Translations under genes and position numbers: made by a program
Shown: positions 16,851-29,109 of the stretch, one piece after another
Position numbering within the stretch: position 1 is the stretch's first letter
Layout: each line of letters starts with the position of its first letter
Assembly: GCA_002711105.1 (NCBI GenBank)
Contig: PAIH01000039.1
Location: forward strand, 1,360-34,325
DNA from: Planctomycetota bacterium
GTDB lineage: Bacteria > Planctomycetota > UBA8108 > UBA1146
Length of the DNA stretch: 32,966 nucleotides
Direction: 5' to 3'
The notes under the pieces: generated by a model
What the model saw: only the letters and a program-made list of their open reading frames with translations
Database searches by the model: none
What the model was told of the DNA's origin: nothing

Positions 16851-17990
16851 TTATTTCCCCAGCGCAGCAAACCTCGAATCCAGCTCGGAGATGGTAAATC
16901 GTCGGCAGGCGATCCAGGGCGATTCGTCTCTGGTCCAGTGGCCGTAGGTGATGGCGATGATGGTGCCATCCTTTTGCTGAAGCACTGCCGGATAGGCGCA
17001 ATCTCCGCGCACATGGTTATCCATCAAACGCACCCGATACTGGCCCTCTTTGCCATCGACGATGTCCTGCCAGGTCCCGACCCAACCGACCCAGTCTCCC
17101 TTCGTCGCACTCTCTCGAGTGGTATCGCGAAACGAGATGAAGAGACGTCCATCCGGGGTGTAGGTGGCGGTATGCCGATCTCCGGTCAGGGCTGCAGGGA
17201 GCTCCTTCGGCGTCGACCAGCTGCTTCCCTCGTCGCGACTGAAGATGACAAACGAATTGCGCCTCCGACTGTTTTCTCGCATCAGCAGCGCGATGGTCTT
17301 GCCATCGGGGGAACGAACCACTCCCGGTTCACACAGGTGAACATCCGGTCGATGGGCGATGGCAACTGGCTGCGACCAGGTCAATCCACCGTCCGATGAC
17401 AGGGTCTGGAATACATCGAATCGAGAAACGCCCTTCTTGGCATGAAGAAATCGACCATCGTCATGAAACCAGGCGGCATAACGGCCATCGGAAAGACGAG
17501 CCACCGAACCCATCACGACGATTCCCCCCCACTCCCCGACCGGTTTCAAGGGACTCCAGGAAGAGCCGTCATCCTCGCTGACCGCCAATCGCGCCGGATA
17601 AAGACCTGACCACACAATCAGTCGTTTCTTCCCCTCGGCGTCGATCACCCGGTGGATGGTCGGAACTTCTCTGGAGGAGGCCCAGTTGTCGGGCGTGGGC
17701 AAGCGTTCACTCCAGCTCTTGCCTCCATCGCTGCTCTTCTTGTAGACGAGGGGACCGCGGCCATGCCCCTTCGGATATACGCACAGGATTGTTTCGTCAT
17801 CCTCGAGCAATACAGCACTCGGATGCCCGAGGTACTGACCCTTTTCTCGATCGATGGTGATCACTGCGCCAACATCGTCGGTCAGATCGACGATCGGAAT
17901 CGTGTAACCAGCGACCAGAGGTTTCTCGTCATCCAAATCTAGCACGGCAAAAGACGGTGCCAGTAATAGCAGAGACCACAGGATCATCAC
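16851..17990 (-). CDS. Secreted sialidase-fold (BNR/Asp-box) protein
   Basis: Signal peptide; four Asp-boxes SSDGGKSW, SEDDGSSW, SSDGGLTW, SRDEGSSW; CEP and DCAYP. GTGA overlap with the YedE stop. Confidence 0.88.
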   Translation of the reverse strand: MMILWSLLLLAPSFAVLDLDDEKPLVAGYTIPIVDLTDDVGAVITIDREKGQYLGHPSAVLLEDDETILCVYPKGHGRGPLVYKKSSDGGKSWSERLPTPDNWASSREVPTIHRVIDAEGKKRLIVWSGLYPARLAVSEDDGSSWSPLKPVGEWGGIVVMGSVARLSDGRYAAWFHDDGRFLHAKKGVSRFDVFQTLSSDGGLTWSQPVAIAHRPDVHLCEPGVVRSPDGKTIALLMRENSRRRNSFVIFSRDEGSSWSTPKELPAALTGDRHTATYTPDGRLFISFRDTTRESATKGDWVGWVGTWQDIVDGKEGQYRVRLMDNHVRGDCAYPAVLQQKDGTIIAITYGHWTRDESPWIACRRFTISELDSRFAALGK

Positions 17991-19075
17991 GCGGCAGACT
18001 TCCCTTCCGAGGCCAGAACCGACCTCATCGCTCCGTAAACAACGGCCACAACGATTCCAACGATGACGGCGGTATGCCCTGCCTCGGTGGTCCCGGAGCC
18101 ACTGGAGGCGAGACCGAAACCGTGACTGAGAGCCCCACCCAGCAAGATCCCTGCGACTGTCATCGCCGCATCTCCATTGCCCTCACCGGTCATCACCAGT
18201 TGTCGAACCGGGCATCCCCCGGCCAGACAACCACACAGCCCGACCAGCGCCAGTGACAAGGCTGACCACAGGTGATCGGTATGAGCGGCGGGCTGCCCCT
18301 CGATACCGGGCGTCGATTTCCCGGTGGTCAAAACGATCACTCCGTAGCCGATCATCATCGCCAGTGCCGCCAGGATCATCCTTCGATCCTTTTGAAAAAC
18401 CTGGCGAGCTGCCGTCACGGCGCAGAAGCGGGTCATCGAGAGGATCGCTCCCGCTGCCAGCGCGATCCCCAACGAGATCAACCAGGGGGCATGGGCCGGA
18501 GGAGCTGCTCCACCGGGACCGGGGCCATCGAGGTGACCGAGATACCACAACACGGCGGCCAGCCCCAGTAACACCGGTCCGAGCAGCCCGACCGCCATCG
18601 GAGACTCCTGCGTCTTGCCTACGTTGTAACCGCGCTTTTCGAAAAAGAGACCGAGCCCGACACCAGCGATGAAACCAGGCAGCGCAATCCACGCCGTCAG
18701 GTCGAGTCCACCCAGTCGCTGCAACATCCGAAAGGGACAACCGAGAAACACCAGACTGCCGATTCCCATCCAGATGCCGAAGAAGAAGCGCGTCGCTGCG
18801 TGACTCCCCGAGCGGGCCTGCCACTTGCCACGTAACAGCATCCACAGCAGAGCTCCGAACACCACGCCGAGAACTTCCGGACGTAAATAGTGCAACCCCT
18901 GTGGATCGCCAAAGAGCCGCAAGGCTCCGGCACTATCTCGTAGGAAACAGGCACCGCAGATGCCCATGTTTCCTGGATTGCCCAGATAGACCAGCGACCC
19001 GCAACCCAGCCCGACCAGCAACATCGCGATCAGACCAGTTCGGGTACGACTGGAGTTCAATTCCCCTCGGAGCAT
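17987..19075 (-). CDS. YedE-family putative selenium (sulfur) transporter
   Basis: GNPGNMGICGACFLRDSAGAL, YLRPEVLG, VFLGCPFRMLQRLGG, RFC, LAGGCPVRQLVMTGEGNGDA; about 10 TM segments. Confidence 0.88.
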   Translation of the reverse strand: MLRGELNSSRTRTGLIAMLLVGLGCGSLVYLGNPGNMGICGACFLRDSAGALRLFGDPQGLHYLRPEVLGVVFGALLWMLLRGKWQARSGSHAATRFFFGIWMGIGSLVFLGCPFRMLQRLGGLDLTAWIALPGFIAGVGLGLFFEKRGYNVGKTQESPMAVGLLGPVLLGLAAVLWYLGHLDGPGPGGAAPPAHAPWLISLGIALAAGAILSMTRFCAVTAARQVFQKDRRMILAALAMMIGYGVIVLTTGKSTPGIEGQPAAHTDHLWSALSLALVGLCGCLAGGCPVRQLVMTGEGNGDAAMTVAGILLGGALSHGFGLASSGSGTTEAGHTAVIVGIVVAVVYGAMRSVLASEGKSAA

Positions 19076-19134
19076 CGAGCCCCCTTCCCGGACAGAGCGT
19101 ACTCAGCACCAGAGGGTTGTTCTACCCGAGAGAA

Positions 19135-20154
19135 TCAACGCCCGAAGATCACCTCAAACACCAGCTGTACCGAGATGTCGCTACCGTGGATCGATTTCTC
19201 CGGATAGAAGACGCGCGGTGCAATCTCTCCGAAAAGCCAGTCTTCATGCAATAGACGCCGGAGACCGACCCCCCAGCCAACCCCGGTTCGGGCCGGTTCG
19301 TTGCCGAGAATTCCTCGCATGTCTCCGGAGATCCTCAGAATGGTCCGATCATCGACGGGCAAGAAATAACTGGTGGTGAACAAGGCCTCGAAGTCCTGCG
19401 CCTCAAACCACACTCCTTCAAGGCCGAATCGCAACAATCGTTGCTCCAGGGATCGCTCGAAGCGGAGCTGGGTACGTTCGCCATAGCCGAGCTCGCCCCG
19501 GTACTCCAGGCTCTGAATAAAGCGAAGGCTCCAGATGTCGCTCAATTCATGATCCTCGCTCCAGCGCAGTCGTAACCGTAGCTTTGGATCACTGGAGATT
19601 TTTAAACCACCATCGAGAGAAAGGTGGCCCCGATCACTGTCAAGGAGTGCTGCCCGCAGGCCGGAAATATCCTCTTCGGGCAGGAGAGATGGTTCGCCTC
19701 CTCCCTCGACCGGATCACCCAGGATATCTCCCAGGTCGGTGAGGAAGTCATCGCGAAACGACTCCAGAAACAGACCCAGTCGCTTCTTGGTATGGGGAAG
19801 GACTGCGTGCCCCCTTATCCGGGTGCGGAAATCAGACTCTCCTCCTTCCTCGATGCGAAACTCCGTTCTGACCCGGTATCGGGTCTCGCCGGCATCTGCG
19901 TCGAGGCGTGGATCGCCAAAGAAATTGTCGATTCGATCACTGAGGTCGAGAACCCGATCTCCGATGGAGCGGTGCATATTTGACAAGTGGTCAGGAAAGG
20001 TGCGATCGGCCTGATCAGCAGCCGATTCCTGTTCAGACACCTGGGCCAGAAGCGCTGAAGAGAGAACCATCAGCAGCGAGAAAACGAGGCCGATTCGCAA
20101 ACGGATTGATCGGCAGAATGAAGCGGGCGAAAATCGGTATCTGTACCCCTGCAA
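19135..20154 (-). CDS. Hypothetical outer-membrane beta-barrel-like protein
   Basis: Signal peptide, SDRIDNFFGD motif, alternating amphipathic strands, terminal strand VQLVFEVIFGR. Confidence 0.65.
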   Translation of the reverse strand: MQGYRYRFSPASFCRSIRLRIGLVFSLLMVLSSALLAQVSEQESAADQADRTFPDHLSNMHRSIGDRVLDLSDRIDNFFGDPRLDADAGETRYRVRTEFRIEEGGESDFRTRIRGHAVLPHTKKRLGLFLESFRDDFLTDLGDILGDPVEGGGEPSLLPEEDISGLRAALLDSDRGHLSLDGGLKISSDPKLRLRLRWSEDHELSDIWSLRFIQSLEYRGELGYGERTQLRFERSLEQRLLRFGLEGVWFEAQDFEALFTTSYFLPVDDRTILRISGDMRGILGNEPARTGVGWGVGLRRLLHEDWLFGEIAPRVFYPEKSIHGSDISVQLVFEVIFGR

Positions 20155-20271
20155 ATGAAGAGCCCCCTGCTCCGGGCCAGAGAATCATGGTCAATGATCA
20201 GCAAATGTACACCGATCTCGGCAAGAACTCGACACCTCGGCAGACACGGCGGGGTTAGGATGTAGACAGTC

Positions 20272-21660
20272 ATGGCGAAAAGGAGATCCTCAATGCCGCC
20301 AGCAACGATCCTGCGATTCGACACCAAACTGCTCTGGATGCTGCTCCTTCTGGTGGTCGCCGGCCACGCCGCCGCAAATTCAGCGGCCAGCGACGACCCG
20401 CAGGATGGAACGGTCGCAGTTGCTGCCAAACATACCGGAGGATATGTGTTGCTGTCGCCCCTCGGAAGTACTGAAGCCCAGATCATCGACCGACAGGGGA
20501 CGACGATTCACAGCTGGCAAAAGGAGCGCAGGAGTGGCAGCGCGGTCTACCTGCTCGACGATGGCTCGTTACTTCGTACCGGCTCTTCTGGACCGAGGGG
20601 AGCCTTTGGCTTCCAGGGTGGGGGTTCTGGCGGATTGATCGAAAAAGTCTCCTGGCAAGGGGAAGTGACTTGGAAACTGGACTGGGCATCGGAACAGCAC
20701 CTTCAACATCACGATATCGAGCCACTTCCCAACGGGAATCTGCTCCTCATCTCCTGGGAAAGAAAAACCGAGGAAGAGTGTCTTGCTGTCGGTCGTCATC
20801 AGGCACTTCTGCCGCAACGCCAGCTGTGGGTCGATGCCATCGTCGAGGTCAAGCCCACCGGAAATGATGGAGCGGAAGTGGTGTGGCGCTGGAGTCCCTG
20901 GGACCATCTGGTCCAGGACATCGACCCTGAAAAACCAAACTACGGCAGAGCGTCCGAGCATCCGGAAAAGATCGACATCAACTATGTCTCCTTCAGCAGC
21001 AGAGAGCTGGGCCAGCCGGACTGGATGCACACCAACTCGGTGGCCTATAACGCGCAACTCGACCAGATCATCCTGAGCATCCATGGCTTTGATGAAGTAT
21101 GGGTCATCGATCACTCCACCCAGGGCGAAGAGAACCCGGGAATCCTGTGGCGCTGGGGAAACCCCGAGGCTTACGGTAAGGGAAATGCAGCGGATCGGAC
21201 CCTCTTCAAACAACATGACGCGCACTGGATCGAGCCCGGTCTTCCGGGTCAGGGCAACATCATGATCTTCAACAACGGTCAGGGCCGGCGCGGCAGTTAC
21301 TCCACCGTTCTGGAACTCGAACCGCCACTAAAATCGAACGGAAGTTATCGTCGCACTGGCGATGGATCATTCGAATCGGCAACCACGGCGTGGAAGTACG
21401 AGAATCCAGGCACCTTCTTCTCGTCCAACATCTCAGGGGCCGACCGTCTCCCCGGCGGTAACACACTGATCTGTAGTGGGGCCACTGGAGAAGTCTTCGA
21501 GGTTACCCCCGAGGGTAAGATTGTCTGGGAATACGGTGTCCAGAGTGATGGGCCGCGCGGCGGTGCAATTTTTCGGGCTCCCTGGATTTCACCCGACCAT
21601 CCGGGATTGCGCCCGACCGATCCGGCGAAAAAGAAACCGGCAGGTGGCACCTCTTTATGA
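20272..21660 (+). CDS. Aryl-sulfate sulfotransferase (ASST) family protein
   Basis: Signal peptide; QHHDIEPLPNGNLL, DWMHTNSV, VIDHST, QHDAHWI, ISGADRLPGGNTLI. Confidence 0.85.
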   Translation: MAKRRSSMPPATILRFDTKLLWMLLLLVVAGHAAANSAASDDPQDGTVAVAAKHTGGYVLLSPLGSTEAQIIDRQGTTIHSWQKERRSGSAVYLLDDGSLLRTGSSGPRGAFGFQGGGSGGLIEKVSWQGEVTWKLDWASEQHLQHHDIEPLPNGNLLLISWERKTEEECLAVGRHQALLPQRQLWVDAIVEVKPTGNDGAEVVWRWSPWDHLVQDIDPEKPNYGRASEHPEKIDINYVSFSSRELGQPDWMHTNSVAYNAQLDQIILSIHGFDEVWVIDHSTQGEENPGILWRWGNPEAYGKGNAADRTLFKQHDAHWIEPGLPGQGNIMIFNNGQGRRGSYSTVLELEPPLKSNGSYRRTGDGSFESATTAWKYENPGTFFSSNISGADRLPGGNTLICSGATGEVFEVTPEGKIVWEYGVQSDGPRGGAIFRAPWISPDHPGLRPTDPAKKKPAGGTSL

Positions 21661-21690
21661 GCACAGCTGAGACCGCAGGGTGGTGTTCGG

Positions 21691-22188
21691 TTAGCGCAGA
21701 TCGAGGGACATGTGTTCCTCGTCCGCTACCGTCTCTTCCCAGATGATGGCACGCTCACGGAGGCCATAGGGAACAAAGCCCAGCGACAGATAAAGTTGAC
21801 GAGCTTCCGGAGCTGCACTGGAGACCCCCAGGTCAACACTCTCACAGCCCCAGCTCCTGGCACGCTCAATCAGACCGTTCATCATCTGTCGTCCTGCCCC
21901 CTGACCCCGGTACGATGATCGAAGATAGCTGCCCCAAATATAGGAAGTGTGTCGCACCTTCAATGCCCGATATCTTAACAGTCCGACCATCCCCACCACC
22001 TCTTCCCCGTCAACCGCTCCGAACAGGGCATGGTCATCGGATGCCATCTGTTTCTGGTAGGATTGCGAATTCATCCGGTCTTCCTCAGGGGAAGAGCTAA
22101 AGGCAAGCGGATGTTCCGACAGAGCTTCCTGACGCAACAGGAGCACCTGCTGCTCATCCTCGGGGGACAGTTCCCGTACCTTGACCAA
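21691..22188 (-). CDS. GNAT family N-acetyltransferase
   Basis: LRQEALSEHPLAF, YLRSSYRGQGAG, ARQLYLSLGFVPYG, DEEHM. TTG at 22188 avoids overlap with the upstream gene (ORF track 22230). Confidence 0.88.
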   Translation of the reverse strand: MVKVRELSPEDEQQVLLLRQEALSEHPLAFSSSPEEDRMNSQSYQKQMASDDHALFGAVDGEEVVGMVGLLRYRALKVRHTSYIWGSYLRSSYRGQGAGRQMMNGLIERARSWGCESVDLGVSSAAPEARQLYLSLGFVPYGLRERAIIWEETVADEEHMSLDLR

Positions 22189-22202
22189 CGTGCACTCGCC
22201 CT

Positions 22203-23978
22203 CTAGATACAAGGAGGCGGGTTGAGACAATCCTGCCCGTCAGTGGTCGGGTCCGATCCACAGGCAGGGAACGGTGCCGGTGGCGCACTGCCGTTTGAAA
22301 ACAGATACATCAACAGATAGACCGGATCGGAGATGTCGGTAAGGGAATCGTCATTGGCATCGAGAACATCGGGGCAATCGCAGACCGTCCCACAACTGCC
22401 ACCGAAAAGAGCTGTCAGCATCATCACGGCATCGGCGATGTCGATTTCGCCATTCCAGGCCGCATCGCCACGGATGAACTCCGGCAAAGCCAAGCCCTCT
22501 TGCTGGTAAATGATGACCACATCCGCGAGCTCATCGATGAGCGTCAGATCGAGATCGCCATCGTTATCGACATCCATCATGACCGCACAACTGGCCGCCA
22601 CCGGAGCGAGGATCTCCTCCTGGAAGCTGAAGTTGCCGTCACCGTCATTGACATAGAAGTACCAATCTCCCAGGTAACTGGAGATGACCCAGTCGAGATC
22701 GCCATCGCCATCCATGTCACCCACATCGGTCGCCAGCGGGAAGTTGTCCGCGGGATATACATCCGGTGGACTTATGGTGCCATCTCCGTTTCCGAAGTTG
22801 ACGGTGCCATTATCCTGGCTGGCATTGACGCTGGTGAGATCGAGATGGCCATCGCCGTTAAGATCTCCCAGTGCCAGCATCCAGGTTCCACTTACCGCCG
22901 GTTCACTGTCCGACTCGGTGAAAGTACCGTCACCGTCGTTGAGATTGATGACGATCTCGCCACTGTTGATCATGCCGATCACCAGATCGAGTAGACCATC
23001 ACCATTCATGTCTCCCGTGGCCAGAGATCGTTCCCCGGCACCACCCCCCTCGAAGAAACTGGGGCCCCCGAAAACGCCACTGGCATTGCCAATGTTGATC
23101 AGGATCGACAGATTGCCGTTGCCGTAGTTGGTGTTCACCACATCCATATCGCCGTCACCGTCTATATCGAGAACCGCAACGCCGCGAGGAGCAAGACCGA
23201 CATCGATCTGCTGCTGGGGCTGAAAGGTTCCATCACCGTTGCCGAGCAGGATCGAAACCGTATCCATCGCGATATTGCACACCACCAGGTCGACATTTCC
23301 ATCGCGATTGAAATCTGCCGGCTCATTAGGGCTGGCCTGCAAGTTGACCGAACTGACGGGGGTGATCATCTGGCCGAACAGGCCGGTGCCGGTGCCCTGA
23401 TTGAGGTAACAGCGGACATCGGCGGTGTCCTCGTTGATGACAGCGATGTCGAGATGCCCATCGTTGTTGAGGTCAGACCCGATGCCACCGTAACTGCGAG
23501 TCGAAACGTTGGGATTGGTACGAGTCGACCAGTTGGCAATCTCTGTAAAATCCAGAGTCGCCGGTCCTGCCTTGGTCCAGAACAGAAAGCTGTATCCGCC
23601 CGACTGAATCGAACTACCCGTGAGCGCAATGATGGATTCAGAGAGGATCACCATTACCTGCTCACCGGCCGAAAATGGATTGTCGGGGGTGAGTCGAATC
23701 GTCATCCCACCATTCTCGATGGAGATCACGCCTTCGGCAGGGCCACTCCAGCGCCCAAAGGCCCAGAAGGAAGCGGGGGTCACTGTCGCAGGATTAACCG
23801 CTTCATCGAGATTGACCGAGATGACTGTATTCACAGGGGCCGTCAGAAAATTACTGGTGGGGGAAATCCCAACCACTTGCAATCCTCCGACCTGCGCCTG
23901 CAGTAACGGGCTCAAAAACAACGCTGCGGTAATCAGGAGCGATGAAAGAACAACGCCGGATACTGGCAATTTCCGCAT
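22203..23978 (-). CDS. Secreted Ig-like + FG-GAP/VCBS repeat protein with C-terminal dockerin-like domain
   Basis: Signal peptide; Ig-like N-terminal domain; seven DxxxDGxxD repeats (DLNNDGHLD ... DVDNDGDLD); EFIRGDA...DIADAV...DANDD..TDISDPVYLL.YLF. ATG at 23978 with AGGAGA RBS. Confidence 0.9.
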   Translation of the reverse strand: MRKLPVSGVVLSSLLITAALFLSPLLQAQVGGLQVVGISPTSNFLTAPVNTVISVNLDEAVNPATVTPASFWAFGRWSGPAEGVISIENGGMTIRLTPDNPFSAGEQVMVILSESIIALTGSSIQSGGYSFLFWTKAGPATLDFTEIANWSTRTNPNVSTRSYGGIGSDLNNDGHLDIAVINEDTADVRCYLNQGTGTGLFGQMITPVSSVNLQASPNEPADFNRDGNVDLVVCNIAMDTVSILLGNGDGTFQPQQQIDVGLAPRGVAVLDIDGDGDMDVVNTNYGNGNLSILINIGNASGVFGGPSFFEGGGAGERSLATGDMNGDGLLDLVIGMINSGEIVINLNDGDGTFTESDSEPAVSGTWMLALGDLNGDGHLDLTSVNASQDNGTVNFGNGDGTISPPDVYPADNFPLATDVGDMDGDGDLDWVISSYLGDWYFYVNDGDGNFSFQEEILAPVAASCAVMMDVDNDGDLDLTLIDELADVVIIYQQEGLALPEFIRGDAAWNGEIDIADAVMMLTALFGGSCGTVCDCPDVLDANDDSLTDISDPVYLLMYLFSNGSAPPAPFPACGSDPTTDGQDCLNPPPCI

Positions 23979-24050
23979 GGACACTCTCCTCAGGAATCAT
24001 GATTAACAGAGACCCCATCATAGCGGACGGCAAAGCCGCTTCCGAGGAGT

Positions 24051-25853
24051 TCATCTCAGATCGAGGTGCGCACTATCACTTTCTCCCATCTCGACACTGC
24101 GGGTGGGGAAGTACTCATTCCAGCGATTCTCGACCAGATCAGCGGTTTCCTGGTCGCAGAACAACTCATCGGGATAACCTGGTTTTAACCGTGCATCGAT
24201 AGCCACGGGAGCCCGGTGAGACACATGGTTGCGGATCACCTCTCGGCTCGCAGCGTGAAGATCAGCAGCAGGTTCAAATCGGGTGAAGGTGGTCCAGAGG
24301 AATCGTGCCGCAGTTCTGGTCGCCTCTGCTGCGTCATCGACGATGACCACGAGTGGCCAGTCCTTCAACGATTCGCAGGAAAGCAAACGAGAGGCAGCCT
24401 CCGGTTCCTGCTCATAGCCAGGCCCCTCCACCACCAGGCAGCCACGACAAAACACCTCGGCACCGTCGAATCCACTGGCCAGTTCCCCGGTGAACTCGCC
24501 GGGCAGATCCCGAATCGGATCTCCCAGTCCAAGCAGAAATCCTTTCGACCCCGCGTTCACCTCAGGACCGGTGTAATCGAGGGTGTCCATGCTGGTACAC
24601 GATATGACGTGAAGATCACGGCTGAAATCTGCCCGGGCCAGGACATGTTCGAGCGTGGCTCGAAAATCTCGTAGATCGACAGCACCATCGGTCAGGAGCA
24701 AGAACTTGGTCAGAGAAAGTTGCCCTTCTCCCAGGATCCGGAATGCAGATACCATCGCTTCTCGTGGATAACGGTCTTTGACCACCGCTGCCGCCAGCGA
24801 GTGGTAGCCGGTCTCCCCGTACGACCAGAGTTGTTTCACTGTCGGCATCACCAGTGGGAAAAGGGGCGATAGCAATTGTTGGAGGAAATCTCCCAGAAAG
24901 AAATCTTCCTGGCGTGGCTTTCCGACCACCGTGGCAGGGAAGATTGCGTCTCGTCGATGTGAAATGCTCGAGATCTTCATCACCGGGTAGTCGTGTTGTA
25001 GCGAATAGTAGCCGTAGTGATCCCCAAACGGTCCTTCGGGCCAGCGCTGTCCGGCCAGTGCGGTGCCATGGATGGCGAAATCGCACTCGGCGATGAGCGG
25101 ATGAGCCACATTCTCGGTGCGTGTCATCTTCAGAGGGGATCCCTGTAACAACGAAGCCAGCATCAGTTCTCCGACATTCTCTGGCAACGGGGCCACGGCG
25201 CTGGCGATCAGTGCTGGAGGACCACCGAGGAAACAGGTCACGGGGAACTCCTGACCGGTTCTTTCCGCCTCCATCAGGTGATAACCACTTCCCTTGTGAA
25301 TCTGGAAATGAAGTCCGAGATGATCAGGATCGTGTTTCTGCAGCCGATAGATGCCAAGATTGTGACGGCCGTCTTTCGGATGTTCTGTGTAGATCAGAGG
25401 CAAGGTGATGAAGGGACCCCCATCGCCAGACCAACTGGTGGTGATCGGTAGGTCATCGAGAGTCGTTTGTGAATCTTGAACATCCAGCACCGCACCGCTT
25501 GAGCGATTTCGCATGCCACTTCGTAACAGGGTCTTCGCCACATCACGAGCATCCCAGATCTTGGTGAGTGTTGGCGGAACCATCGTTTCTGCCAGCTGTA
25601 CCAGACGCTGGAGAAACTGCTGTCCGTGATCACCGAAACCGATTTGTACCCGACGGTCGGTACCGAACAGATTCATCACTATTGGAAAACGAGATCCGAT
25701 CGGATTACGAAACAAAAGAGCGGGACCTTCAGCCGCGATGACCCTGCGGTGAATCTCTGCAACCTCGAGGTGCGGATCGACCGGAGCATCGATCTCGACG
25801 AGATCATCAGCTCTTCGCAATTCTTCAAGATAATTAGCCAGGTTGCGGTGCAT
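24051..25853 (-). CDS. UbiD family decarboxylase (long, 600-aa form)
   Basis: GPALLF, NLFGT, DGGPFITLP, NLGIYR, EGPFGDHYGYYS, TVVGKPRQED, DTLDYTG, IDARLKP. Confidence 0.93.
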   Translation of the reverse strand: MHRNLANYLEELRRADDLVEIDAPVDPHLEVAEIHRRVIAAEGPALLFRNPIGSRFPIVMNLFGTDRRVQIGFGDHGQQFLQRLVQLAETMVPPTLTKIWDARDVAKTLLRSGMRNRSSGAVLDVQDSQTTLDDLPITTSWSGDGGPFITLPLIYTEHPKDGRHNLGIYRLQKHDPDHLGLHFQIHKGSGYHLMEAERTGQEFPVTCFLGGPPALIASAVAPLPENVGELMLASLLQGSPLKMTRTENVAHPLIAECDFAIHGTALAGQRWPEGPFGDHYGYYSLQHDYPVMKISSISHRRDAIFPATVVGKPRQEDFFLGDFLQQLLSPLFPLVMPTVKQLWSYGETGYHSLAAAVVKDRYPREAMVSAFRILGEGQLSLTKFLLLTDGAVDLRDFRATLEHVLARADFSRDLHVISCTSMDTLDYTGPEVNAGSKGFLLGLGDPIRDLPGEFTGELASGFDGAEVFCRGCLVVEGPGYEQEPEAASRLLSCESLKDWPLVVIVDDAAEATRTAARFLWTTFTRFEPAADLHAASREVIRNHVSHRAPVAIDARLKPGYPDELFCDQETADLVENRWNEYFPTRSVEMGESDSAHLDLR

Positions 25854-25924
25854 CGGAGACTCCTGGCCGTTCCCCGACGGCCTGCTCGCAATGCTGCGTT
25901 AGCTTCAGCGGTCTGTCCAGTGCT

Positions 25925-26185
25925 TCAGACAACACCCGGAGGAGAAGAAATCGGCACCCCCTCGACACTCTGAACCCGAACCTGGTGGCCAGCGACCATC
26001 TGGTATTGAACCTGACAATTTCCGAGCAGATCTCCTCGGAATCGCTCCTTCAGGGCACTGACGAACACCTCAGGCACGACCTCGGCTTGCCGGCCGATAT
26101 CGATTTGAATCCGCGTGACGCGGCCCAGCCCCCCCATCAAGGCGGCACTGCGGGTAGAACTGAGGATCTTGCCGAGCAGGGACAA
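25925..26185 (-). CDS. HypA/HybF-like mini-protein lacking metal-binding motifs (86 aa)
   Basis: TTG at 26185, 8 nt after AAAGGAG. MSLLGKIL...GRVTRIQIDIGRQAEVVPEVF...RGDLLGNCQVQY..VAGHQVRVQSVEG follows the HypA pattern but has no MHE and no CxxC pairs. Confidence 0.6.
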   Translation of the reverse strand: MSLLGKILSSTRSAALMGGLGRVTRIQIDIGRQAEVVPEVFVSALKERFRGDLLGNCQVQYQMVAGHQVRVQSVEGVPISSPPGVV

Positions 26186-26363
26186 CGGTTCAACTCCTTT
26201 CCGGCCCTCGGGGACTCTGCTCCCCGCAGAACTGGATTGTGTCGTTGGATGTCTTCGGATCTGAAGCGGCACGGGTGAAGAACTTTTTTTTATTCATCCA
26301 TCTGTTTCCGGATTTAAGGCCCGAATCAGCCAACCGGAAAGAACCAGATACCTCTGGCCGCTT

Positions 26364-29108
<2,745 letters not shown>

Positions 29109-29109
<1 letters not shown>

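Noticed and set aside
17987-19075. Selenocysteine (UGA) recoding in or near YedE
   Set aside because: The ORF is uninterrupted with Cys at the motif positions, and its terminal TGA overlaps the next start codon.
26280-26305. GAACTT-N15-TCTGT resembling an RpoE promoter
   Set aside because: The spacer is short and it points antisense into the amidohydrolase gene; more likely an AT-rich element upstream of the minus-strand gene.
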